A DNA stretch of 64,000 nucleotides from Saprospiraceae bacterium (GTDB lineage: Bacteria; Bacteroidota; Bacteroidia; Chitinophagales; Saprospiraceae). The stretch covers positions 6,740 through 70,739 of the forward strand of contig JALVEE010000121.1 of the NCBI GenBank assembly GCA_027008645.1, written 5' to 3'. Position numbers and translations under genes: made by a program. Each line of letters begins with the position of its first letter. Positions within the stretch are counted from its first letter, which is position 1. Positions 30,218 to 39,179 of the stretch are shown in pieces. The notes below the pieces were generated by a model that was not told the origin of the DNA, searched no databases, and worked only from the letters and a program-made list of their open reading frames with translations.

Positions 30218-30616
30218 TTATATATTTAATTTTTATCCTAACTTTAAACCTTAAACATTTTGGGGTATTTCATTTTTTTTCTTTTTCCTCACTTTGCCTC
30301 TGACTCCTAAAGGAGAATCAACCCGCAAGCAAAAAAATGAAACGCTTTATTTTCAAACCCTGAACTTTATATTTTTATCTTTTATCTTCAAACTTTAAAC
30401 CTTGAACCTTAAACCTTGAACCTTAAACATTTTCTACTTTTATCTTTATAATTTGTACTTTTATCTTTAAACTTTGAACCTTGAACCTTAAACCTTAAAC
30501 CTTAAACCTTGAACCTTAAACATTTTCTACTTTTATCTTTATAATTTGTACTTTTATCTTTAAACTTTGAACCTTGAACTTTAAACCTTAAACCTTGAAC
30601 TTTAAACCTTGAACAC
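30218..30616. repeat. 399-bp composite repeat region filling the nqrA-nqrB gap
   Basis: Read directly: runs of the 8-bp unit aaccttRa. There is a perfect 76-bp direct duplication (30411-30486 = 30504-30579, period 93 bp) containing acttttatcttta twice per copy, plus a short TIR element at 30262-30345. Confidence 0.95.
30262..30345. mobile_element. ~84-bp mini-element whose ends resemble the TIRs of the 220-bp MITE-like family
   Basis: The left end ggggtatttcattttttttc and right end gcaaaaaaatgaaacgc are inverted repeats sharing the core tttcattttttt with the larger element. There is an internal hairpin ctcc-taaa-ggag. Confidence 0.5.
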
Positions 30617-32017
30617 CTATCCTTGCTCTATCATCATCCTATGCCCATCTCTCAATATCGCTTGAAACTCTTGTTTGGACGGACAAATAAATTCACACAA
30701 TGCCACATCTTCTTCAGCGAGTTCATTTATACCAAGACCTTCCATTTGCTCAATATCCCCTGCGAGTATTGACTTCATCAAATGTACCGGATAAATATCC
30801 ATCGGTAATACTTTTTCGTATATACCCGTCGCTACAAAAGCGCGTTTTTGACCATTTGTATTGGTATCTACATCCATTTCTTTATTGCCTCCAAGCCATT
30901 GGTCAATAAATGCTTTCCAAAATGTTGGTGTTTTTTTCTTTGAAATCAACCACCCAAAAGGAACATAATCATCTCCCTCTTTGATAATAGAAACTTGGCT
31001 GTCAAAAGCATTTAGATATTCTCCAAACATTTTTGTTTCACCTGACAATACATTGCCTGATATAACTCTACATTTCACATTTTTAATACATACTTTTACC
31101 GTATCGGAAACATCGGCTCCCATATATGTTTTTAGATATTTTGCGTCAATAACTTCGTCACCGGTTATAGCAATTATCCTTTGTGCATCGTAGATATTGT
31201 TTAGGAACATACTTCCAAATGTTATTACTTCCTGAACTCCCAATACCCACACTTTATCCTCTCCCTTTATCGGAGCGGTATGATGAATCTGTACACCTAC
31301 ATTCCCTGACGGATGAGGTCCCTTGAAATATGTTTTTTCTACACCTTCTGCCTTTGTAAATGCATCGGAAGGGGCTTTGTCTTTATTTGCATTCAATCCC
31401 AAATATACTTTTCCGGGTGTGAGTTTTTTAAGTACATCAAGACCGGTTTGAAACTCTTTTTCTCTACCTTTTACTACAAAATCCATATCAGCTGCTAAAG
31501 GTGCAGTATCAAATGTAGAAATAAAAATATTTTTAGGAACAGTATCCTTATCAGGAACATAATCGTATGGTCGTTGTCTTATCAATGGCCAAAGACCGGA
31601 CTCCAATAAAAATTCAACAAGTGAATCTCTATCAACTGTGCCTAAATCCGGTGTTTCAAATTTTCTATAATTGATATCCTTATCTGCTGCGATTACAATT
31701 TGCTTTATTGATCTTCTTTCTCCCCTGCGTATAGCGATTACTTCACCGCTTACAGGAGCTACAAACTTCAATTCAGTCTTCTTCTTGTCGTAAAATAAAA
31801 GATCTCCCGCTTTAACTTTATCACCTACTTCAACAACTACTTTTGGAATCGGAACAACACCTCTAAAATTTCCGGGTTGAACCGCATAATTTTTTATCTC
31901 GATGTCATCGAAATACGCCTTGGCAGCTTTCCCTTTAATATTTATATCAAATCCTCTATTTAGAAATATAATTTTGTTATTCGCAACAAAATCAGGTTTT
32001 TTATTGGCACTGAACAT
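30617..32017 (-). CDS. nqrA: Na+-translocating NADH:quinone oxidoreductase subunit A
   Basis: ~466-aa soluble subunit. It has the N-terminal biotinyl-like barrel (GFDINIKGKAAK...VKAGDLLFYDKK...APVSGEVIAIRRGERR) and the NqrA C-terminal domain. It is the first gene of the nqr cluster. Confidence 0.93.
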   Translation of the reverse strand: MFSANKKPDFVANNKIIFLNRGFDINIKGKAAKAYFDDIEIKNYAVQPGNFRGVVPIPKVVVEVGDKVKAGDLLFYDKKKTELKFVAPVSGEVIAIRRGERRSIKQIVIAADKDINYRKFETPDLGTVDRDSLVEFLLESGLWPLIRQRPYDYVPDKDTVPKNIFISTFDTAPLAADMDFVVKGREKEFQTGLDVLKKLTPGKVYLGLNANKDKAPSDAFTKAEGVEKTYFKGPHPSGNVGVQIHHTAPIKGEDKVWVLGVQEVITFGSMFLNNIYDAQRIIAITGDEVIDAKYLKTYMGADVSDTVKVCIKNVKCRVISGNVLSGETKMFGEYLNAFDSQVSIIKEGDDYVPFGWLISKKKTPTFWKAFIDQWLGGNKEMDVDTNTNGQKRAFVATGIYEKVLPMDIYPVHLMKSILAGDIEQMEGLGINELAEEDVALCEFICPSKQEFQAILRDGHRMMIEQG

Positions 32018-32069
32018 ATTGATGTATATATTGTATTTATTTAAAATATTCTAAATCATAAAATAACAT

Positions 32070-32077
32070 CAAATATA
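32070..32077 (-). promoter_or_regulatory. Candidate -7 box (TAtaTTTG on the minus strand) upstream of nqrA
   Basis: Plus-strand caaatata, 53-60 nt upstream of the nqrA start codon. Matches the Bacteroidota TAnnTTTG consensus. This is a motif match only. Confidence 0.25.
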
Positions 32078-32176
32078 CGTTCGATATATTAGATAAATAA
32101 GTTTTAACAAATTTTTTTTTAACCAACTTAATATTTATAATCAGCTTGCCTGCATTATTTTTACCATATAACTATC

Positions 32177-32602
32177 CTATTCCTCCTCTGCTAGCTGTGA
32201 CTTGAGTTGTGCAGCTTTTTCAAAGTCCTCTTTCTCAATGGCTTGTTGGAGTTCGTATTTGAGCCTAATAGTTTTATCTTCTTTGAGAAGCAACTCCATC
32301 CTACGAATTTTGAGCGTTGCCAAAAATTCCTCAGCTATTTTGTAAACAGACAAGGGAGCAAATGCCATTAACTCAGGAGGATACTCCCCTTCCATAGATC
32401 CTACTTCTTCGACAATAGTCTTAAATTTATCAACAGCACCCTCCATCATTTTGATATTGGCATCAATATCCTTTAGTTCCTTCGCACCGGCCATTTCACT
32501 TTCCAATTGGCAAGACAGGCAGACATAGTCCGAAATCTTAGTTTCTGCATGTATGAAAACAGCACCTGCTTGATTTTCTTTTCCACAAATTTTGCATTTC
32601 AT
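32177..32602 (-). CDS. Small zinc-ribbon protein with a C-terminal UVR (UvrB/UvrC-like) motif
   Basis: MKCKICGK...CLSCQ gives two CxxC pairs. The C-terminal AIEKEDFEKAAQLKSQL resembles the UVR helical hairpin. ATG 32602 is preferred over the upstream ATG 32641. Confidence 0.5.
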   Translation of the reverse strand: MKCKICGKENQAGAVFIHAETKISDYVCLSCQLESEMAGAKELKDIDANIKMMEGAVDKFKTIVEEVGSMEGEYPPELMAFAPLSVYKIAEEFLATLKIRRMELLLKEDKTIRLKYELQQAIEKEDFEKAAQLKSQLAEEE

Positions 32603-32668
32603 CGGTATTATTTTTTTATATGATACAGTATAATGGTACAAAGGTACATATTGAAATTGAATTCATCC

Positions 32669-35155
32669 TCAATTTATACTAATCGAAAAAGGTACTGAAA
32701 AAGAAACTCTAATGCCATTATCAAATGATTCACCTCCTCTAAACGCCCATGAATATCTCATACTAAAATACCCTAATATCTTGTCAAGTCCGGCTCCTAT
32801 CTCATAATAAGTACTTTCTTTGTATTTTTGAAGCAATTTGAAAGTTACGACTTCTTCCATTTTCAATCTTTTTAATAAGGGTATTTTGCTTATCAGTAAG
32901 CCCTTGAATTTTTGTTGAATCTTAAATATAAAATAAGACTTATAATCTGCCCCGGTGTAGTACGGTAATAAATGAAATGATTTGGTATAGTCTTTTGGAA
33001 ACATGAAAATCATCTGATTTCCGGAAAAATAATAATCGTCCAATCTATCTACTTTTTCATTGCTCAAATACTTTCCATACTCAAAATAATAAGAGGTATA
33101 ACCCAGCAAACCGGTGGATAAACTGCCTAAAATTCCTGTTTTTATCAAATCATAAGAGACAAAATCATTTCCAAGTGAAATTGCCTTGTTGTACTCTACA
33201 AATGCCTTTGGATATGGGGAATATAACGCTTGCATACTGTTTGGCCTTTCGATATATTTCACACCGGGTCTATAATAAATCTTGAATTTTACTAAAAATT
33301 TATTAGGGTATTTGATTTCATCCTCTTTTTCATAAATATTCGGCTCAAACGTATTCTCTTTTTTTGAAAATGAATAATTAGTATGATTGATAAGTTTTTT
33401 CCTTGTATTATATTCAACAAATAAGCCGGTGTTAATTCCCGGTATAAAATTTCTCCAAATATCAATATTAACAAACTTTTTGTCATATAACTTCAGGTAA
33501 TTTTTTGCATCAAATAGTACAACATCCGTATTGAGCATTCTATTCACCAACACCCTATCCGAAGGTTGCTCATATTTTCTGCCTGCCTTTAGAGTGTATT
33601 TAAACTCATACTTATTGTCAAGCATTTGCTCATATTTGATTCTCGGTAGCAATTGCTTATCCGCAAAACCGTATTCTGCAATAAGCTTAATTCTATAGTA
33701 CTTATTGGATTTTGTTTTGTTATAACCAATACCTATTTGTGAATTTAAGCCTTGAACAGGGTTAAAACCGGCATGAATTATTGGGGAGCTAATAAACCAA
33801 GATGACGAATTGAATGAATTATTGTGTGTATATCCGGTCAATAGATCTTTCAATTTGAATTTGTTATCAATCCTGTCCATTGAATCCAAATACTCTTTTG
33901 ATGATGTGACAGCTTCTATGCTGTCCATCTTGTGATACCCTTTTTGCTCTTTTAAGCCCAATGGTATCGGACGAATTTTATTCCAATATACACTATCCCT
34001 TTTATTTGAATCATCTTCGACTTTGATTTTTACTTTATCAAAAAAACCTTTTGGAAATTTTTGATTCAAATCGTAATTGATGAAGTTTTTTGAATGATAT
34101 CCTTTCGCTTGAAAACCCATAAATCCGATATTGAATGAAGCGTATTGAGATAGCAATGCCCACTCTTTTTTACTCTCTGTCAATTGTCTGAAATTCTGCT
34201 TTATTCTGATTGTATCAAGCAATCTATTATTTGTATTTTTTGAATCCAATTCCAGGTCCAATCCGTATATATTCCATATTTTATCTACAATAAAAATATC
34301 ACCTCTAAAGACAGGATCGTATTTCCTCTTTGGAATTACAAGTATCTTATTTATGGTATTTCCGTTTTTATCGACAAAAGTTCCCAACAACTTATATCTG
34401 TAAAACAGCATTGCATTGGATGCAATAGGGGAGATTAATTTTCTGCCAACGGGTACGTAATTATTGTAAAAAGATATATTTGAAAACAATGACGACATAT
34501 CCGAATATCCGTTTTTATCACCGCTTATCCTTGAAGAGATAATTGTTTCTTTCCATTTATCGCCTTTTGCTTTATAAAGCTCCGAGACAGTCTCAGTTAC
34601 TACAAGGATATTGCTATTTGTATCCAAAAGCTCTTCCATTTCTTTCTTATCTTCTTCGGATTTAGCTATTTCAATTCCCATGATTCTTTTTGGAGCATCA
34701 AGTAACTCCAATTTAAATTTTTGATAAATTTTGGATTTAAAATTGTTGGGCTTGTCTTTAAATAATTTTTTTGCTTTTATGGCATTTCTTACTATTGCAT
34801 ATGCCGGATCTTCGGCATCAGCACGGATAACAACGGCATTTAAAATCAATTCATTTGGTTTAAGGGATATGTTTTTTTCGATTTTTTCCCCTTTGTTATC
34901 TACGATCACCTCTTTTGTTTGATAGGATATGTATTTGTATATGACTTTGTTTTTTCCGGGATTCATTTTCAATAAATACTCTCCCTCTTCATTGCTAAAT
35001 GTGCCTGTTGTTGTTCCGTCGATATATACCGCTGCAAAAGGAAGTGGTTTGCCATTTTCATCCGTAATCTTACCGTATAGTTGAGCATTTAGATTTGGTA
35101 TTGAAAAAGCGAAAATGATTGTAAAAAGTATTATTTTTCCCATAATGGTTTTCAT
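32669..35155 (-). CDS. CarboxypepD_reg-domain plus DUF5686-like large outer-membrane/secreted protein
   Basis: Signal peptide MKTIMGKIILFTIIFAFSIPNLNAQ. This is followed by LYGKITDENGKPLPFAAVYIDGTTTGTFSNEEGEYLL (carboxypeptidase regulatory-like domain) and a long beta-rich C-terminal region. The start is at ATG 35155, so 33 codons of the ORF-track extension are discounted. Confidence 0.7.
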   Translation of the reverse strand: MKTIMGKIILFTIIFAFSIPNLNAQLYGKITDENGKPLPFAAVYIDGTTTGTFSNEEGEYLLKMNPGKNKVIYKYISYQTKEVIVDNKGEKIEKNISLKPNELILNAVVIRADAEDPAYAIVRNAIKAKKLFKDKPNNFKSKIYQKFKLELLDAPKRIMGIEIAKSEEDKKEMEELLDTNSNILVVTETVSELYKAKGDKWKETIISSRISGDKNGYSDMSSLFSNISFYNNYVPVGRKLISPIASNAMLFYRYKLLGTFVDKNGNTINKILVIPKRKYDPVFRGDIFIVDKIWNIYGLDLELDSKNTNNRLLDTIRIKQNFRQLTESKKEWALLSQYASFNIGFMGFQAKGYHSKNFINYDLNQKFPKGFFDKVKIKVEDDSNKRDSVYWNKIRPIPLGLKEQKGYHKMDSIEAVTSSKEYLDSMDRIDNKFKLKDLLTGYTHNNSFNSSSWFISSPIIHAGFNPVQGLNSQIGIGYNKTKSNKYYRIKLIAEYGFADKQLLPRIKYEQMLDNKYEFKYTLKAGRKYEQPSDRVLVNRMLNTDVVLFDAKNYLKLYDKKFVNIDIWRNFIPGINTGLFVEYNTRKKLINHTNYSFSKKENTFEPNIYEKEDEIKYPNKFLVKFKIYYRPGVKYIERPNSMQALYSPYPKAFVEYNKAISLGNDFVSYDLIKTGILGSLSTGLLGYTSYYFEYGKYLSNEKVDRLDDYYFSGNQMIFMFPKDYTKSFHLLPYYTGADYKSYFIFKIQQKFKGLLISKIPLLKRLKMEEVVTFKLLQKYKESTYYEIGAGLDKILGYFSMRYSWAFRGGESFDNGIRVSFSVPFSISIN

Positions 35156-35302
35156 TTGGTAAAAATTGTTTGGTGGTATTACGTTTAAAATTTCAAAAAA
35201 GTTACAATTGTATATGTAGTGTCTGATAGAAAACACAACAAATTTTAAATACAAAAGCAGACTACTGCAAATCTTAGTATATTAAACTAATAAAACTCTT
35301 TT

Positions 35303-38300
35303 TTATTTTAGTCTCTCTTTCTCATCATGACGATAGTAAGCAACTGTCGCTACCAATACCAAAACAAAAACCGAAATATATACCCAAATGGGAATTGGTA
35401 CCGGATCTCCTTGCGCATACGAATGAAGTCCCGATAAGTAGAAGTTTACGCCAAAGTATGTCATAATTACAGAAAATGAAGCGAATACTGATGCCAAATT
35501 ATAAGCAAACAGTGATTGTAAGCCTTTCATTTTTCGCATATGCAACACAAATGAATATATGAATATGGAAATCAAAGACCATGTTTCCTTAGCATCCCAA
35601 CCCCAATATCTACCCCAAGATTCATTAGCCCAAACACCTCCCAAGAATGTACCTATACTCAATAGAAATAATCCGATAGTAAGTGAAAATTCATTTACCG
35701 CAGTAAGCTCTTTTAATGTAAATGTAATATTGTCATTGGGTTTTGAATTGCCTCTGATAATAATCAAAAACAAGTTGATTAACCCCAATAATGCTCCCAA
35801 AAACAAAAATCCATAACTTGCGGTAATAACTGATACATGAATCATCAACCAATAGGATTTTAATACGGGAACCAGATTGGTAATCTGTGGGTCAAGCCAA
35901 TTCATAACAGCTACAATCAATATCCAACCTGCCAAAACAGAGGTTGCAGCCAAAGTGATAGGTGATTTTCTCGCCAATAAAACCCCTGCCAATACTATTG
36001 CCCAAGCTATATAAACCATCGATTCATACCCGTTGCTCCAAGGTGCATGACCGGCGATATACCATCTTAATCCCAATCCGAAAGTATGGGCAATAAATCC
36101 CAAGAATACCAATCCCATTCCTATTCTAATGGGCCATTTAAGATTCATCTTTGGTCTGAATACTTTGATTAAAAGCAATACTAACAGTATCAATCCGATT
36201 GTGAAATACCAACCGATAAGTTTATTAAAAATCAATAATCTATTATACAATAATTCAGCTTTAATCTTTCCTTCGGAGGGCATATAGTCTTTAGCGATTG
36301 ATATCTGATATTTTCTCAATCCGTCTAAAGCCAAATCTGCGTTCTCCCATTTATTTTCTTTTACTCCTTCTGCTACACTCTGTAGATACCAAGGCAAAAA
36401 GTTTTTCACCAGAACCCCTGCTTCTCCAAAATCCATATTTGATGCCTCTTTAGGAGTGTACCATTTACGGGTTGGATCGTTTTCTTTAGGAAATATCCTC
36501 AGAAAATTGCCCGAGAAAATCATATAAAGAATATTGAGCCTTTCATCAACTTTGATGACTTCTTTATCAAATTTTGATCTCTCTTTTTCCGGTTTGTGCA
36601 CAGCCTCTTCAATTTGCTTTGCCAGGACATATTCATTTTTATCATCAAACATATCGGAATATGAAGCGTATTTTTCAACACCCAAATATTTTCTAAGACC
36701 TGGATGCTTTACTATGATTAATTCGATATCCTGCCACTGATAAGGAAATGTCATCAACCCAAGCATTATTTGGTCTGAATTTTGGCCTAAAAACTTTTTC
36801 TTTTGTGCGATTTTTCTGATTAATTCACTTGACAGAGTGTTCATAGGCATTATTCTGCCACCTCTCTCTTGAACCAATATTTTACCAAAATCTTCGGCTT
36901 TTTCAGTATTTACAATCTTGAATGTATCAGGCAAACTCGTTTGTGCATTTACAGTTAAACTAATAATGGAAAATAGTGCAATAACCCCCAAATTTAATCT
37001 TTTATCCCTGTATTCACCTATCAATCTATTTAGTTTTTTTATTCTTGCTTTTTTTGTGAAAAAAGTCAAAAACATACCCAAAGTTAACAGAAAATAGCCC
37101 AAGTATGTCAAACCAGTTCCCCATTTATCGTGATTGGCTGATAATATGGTTCCTTTCTCATCGGGGTCATATGATGACTGAAAAAAGCGGTATCCTTTGT
37201 AGTCCAAAACATGATTCATATATATCCTGTAATCTTTTTTGATATTCTCCTTCTCATCGATTAATGTCACTTCAGATGCGTAAGAAGACGGGCTCATTGA
37301 CCCGGGATATCTCTCCAATTGGAAATCCCTGAGTTTTATTCTAAATGGTAATTTTATTATCTTTGATCCGTAGGAGATTTTGATTTTTGTATCTCCAAAA
37401 GCAACTTCTTTTTCTTGTCCAACCATTCCTTTATTTCCCCAAATATTCACCGTTTTCATTGTTTTACCATCAGATATATTCATCTCCAAAGCATTGTATG
37501 ATGCCGCTTCTATTTTATTGTTTTTTGACACGGGCTTCAATGCTCCTTGCGGTACATACTCCTTCAAAACTATGCTTTCTCCATTAAAAATATACAGAGC
37601 TCCCGTTGAAAAAGGGTGGTCTGTTTTGGCTGAAAGGGTATCTTTGGATTGATCGCTCATATACATCACCGGTATGGGATAATCGGAATTAACCAGCAAA
37701 CTGTCATTTCTGCTGAAAATTCTTACAGTGGAATTGTCGGGAGAATTAAAACCGATTGTAACATCGTTGAAAGACAGTTTCTCCTTGTCTTTTAGAAATC
37801 CTCCAACTCTTCCCTTGGGAGTCCCGTGCACAAGATAAAGGATAGGACTACCGTTTTCAACATCTTTTATTAAAGTCTCATTTGCATTAGGGTAAAACTT
37901 TTGTAAAGTTAATCTAAATGATTTACCATTGTAATTGAGAGTTTCATCAAAATGATTTCTACCAAGGCTGCCAAACAATACTTTTTTATCTATAAATGCC
38001 TTGTCAGAACCTATTATTTTCGCTTGAATATATGTGTCATCGGAAAGAATTTCATTGGATGATTCACCTTCTCTTATCGGCATTAGTCCTTCGTAGCTTA
38101 CATATCTTGTGATAGCAGCACCTATCAGAATAACAATCATCGCCAAGTGAAAAATAAGTATGCCGTATTTCACTTTTCTATACAATTTGAAAATAATAAT
38201 ATTGGCTATAAGTGAAACTCCAAACAAAAACCATAGCAATTCAAACCACCAAGATTTGTATATTACTTTTTGAACTGTCATTGTCCCGTAATCGTTTTCT

Positions 38301-38395
38301 ATGAAAGTAGCCACAGCCATAGCAGCAGCTAAAGTTAACATCAAAATTCCGGCAAAAGGCATTGAAAAGAAAAACTTATATATTTTTTTAAACAT
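35303..38395 (-). CDS. Fused ResB/CcsB-CcsA (CcsBA) system II cytochrome c biogenesis protein
   Basis: The N-terminal ResB-like half has TM helices flanking a large periplasmic domain. The C-terminal CcsA half has the tryptophan-rich WWD motif WGRYWGWDAKETWSL and conserved His residues. 1030 aa. Confidence 0.85.
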   Translation of the reverse strand: MFKKIYKFFFSMPFAGILMLTLAAAMAVATFIENDYGTMTVQKVIYKSWWFELLWFLFGVSLIANIIIFKLYRKVKYGILIFHLAMIVILIGAAITRYVSYEGLMPIREGESSNEILSDDTYIQAKIIGSDKAFIDKKVLFGSLGRNHFDETLNYNGKSFRLTLQKFYPNANETLIKDVENGSPILYLVHGTPKGRVGGFLKDKEKLSFNDVTIGFNSPDNSTVRIFSRNDSLLVNSDYPIPVMYMSDQSKDTLSAKTDHPFSTGALYIFNGESIVLKEYVPQGALKPVSKNNKIEAASYNALEMNISDGKTMKTVNIWGNKGMVGQEKEVAFGDTKIKISYGSKIIKLPFRIKLRDFQLERYPGSMSPSSYASEVTLIDEKENIKKDYRIYMNHVLDYKGYRFFQSSYDPDEKGTILSANHDKWGTGLTYLGYFLLTLGMFLTFFTKKARIKKLNRLIGEYRDKRLNLGVIALFSIISLTVNAQTSLPDTFKIVNTEKAEDFGKILVQERGGRIMPMNTLSSELIRKIAQKKKFLGQNSDQIMLGLMTFPYQWQDIELIIVKHPGLRKYLGVEKYASYSDMFDDKNEYVLAKQIEEAVHKPEKERSKFDKEVIKVDERLNILYMIFSGNFLRIFPKENDPTRKWYTPKEASNMDFGEAGVLVKNFLPWYLQSVAEGVKENKWENADLALDGLRKYQISIAKDYMPSEGKIKAELLYNRLLIFNKLIGWYFTIGLILLVLLLIKVFRPKMNLKWPIRIGMGLVFLGFIAHTFGLGLRWYIAGHAPWSNGYESMVYIAWAIVLAGVLLARKSPITLAATSVLAGWILIVAVMNWLDPQITNLVPVLKSYWLMIHVSVITASYGFLFLGALLGLINLFLIIIRGNSKPNDNITFTLKELTAVNEFSLTIGLFLLSIGTFLGGVWANESWGRYWGWDAKETWSLISIFIYSFVLHMRKMKGLQSLFAYNLASVFASFSVIMTYFGVNFYLSGLHSYAQGDPVPIPIWVYISVFVLVLVATVAYYRHDEKERLK

Positions 38396-38736
38396 TGTAC
38401 TTTATTTTATAACATATAATACAAGCAAAGGTAAGCATCTGTTTAGTTTTAGTTCATAAATCTTATCGAATAGTTAGCTATTTGTCTTTAGCAAACATTT
38501 TGATTTTTGCGTTTTATCAATTTAAATTTGACATAAATACCGGTTCGTATATCTTTGATTCAATTAAAAATTATGCCAGACGAACAAATTTAAGATTCAA
38601 ATATGGAATAAAATACTCATTGTATATATTTTAACACCTACAATAATGCGTGTTAGGCTATCTAAAGATTTTGTTTTTGGTATTAGGAAAACTTTCTAAT
38701 CTTCTTCTTTTTGTTTAATAAGCTATTATTCTTGAT

Positions 38737-38889
38737 CTACTTATTCCAATGGAAGTAAGACCATAAACCTTCTTTATACCCATCTACAAGTGTCCCTTTT
38801 TCATAATCCTTATCAACCTCGATCTTCTCTTGAGTAAAAGCTGATGAAATGCTAAATAGAATCAAAATGTAAAGTGAAAATCGTTTCAT
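38737..38889 (-). CDS. Possible 50-aa secreted peptide with a single MORN-variant-like repeat
   Basis: Translation is MKRFSLYILILFSISSAFTQEKIEVDKDYEKGTLVDGYKEGLWSYFHWNK*. It has a signal-peptide-like N-terminus and a G..EG.W.Y motif. It is short, lies in a 784-bp intergenic region, and may be a gene remnant. Confidence 0.3.
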   Translation of the reverse strand: MKRFSLYILILFSISSAFTQEKIEVDKDYEKGTLVDGYKEGLWSYFHWNK

Positions 38890-39016
38890 AATACAATATA
38901 TTGTTAAATATTTTTTTATAAATACCTATACTACTCCAAAAGTAATGAAAAAATATATTTCAGTCGATTTATTTTCGAAAAACTCAAAAAAAACGGTACA
39001 TTTATTGCTATTTTAT

Positions 39017-39024
39017 TAACTTTG
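39017..39024 (+). promoter_or_regulatory. Candidate -7 promoter box (TAacTTTG) upstream of the HTCS gene
   Basis: Consensus match ~155 bp upstream of ATG 39180. This is a motif match only. Confidence 0.2.
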
Positions 39025-39179
39025 ATATGTTGTATCAGATGAAAACCCAAAAGCCCGAAAAATTCGTTATCTTTTTTAAGTCTTTCTGCTATCAAAATAG
39101 AATAACTAAAAAAAATGGAATTTATTCAGTGCATTTTGACATTCAATCGATATTAAAAGAGTTTTGATTTAAAATAATT

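Noticed and set aside
30218-30616. Possible CRISPR array (and likewise 49029-49140)
   Set aside because: The repeat units are 8-14 bp and directly abut each other with no unique spacers. No cas genes are nearby. These are micro/minisatellite-type tandem repeats.
35303-38395. ResB-CcsA fusion as an unusual gene fusion
   Set aside because: Fused CcsBA proteins of about 1000 aa are the normal system II arrangement in Bacteroidota and Epsilonproteobacteria, so this is not novel.
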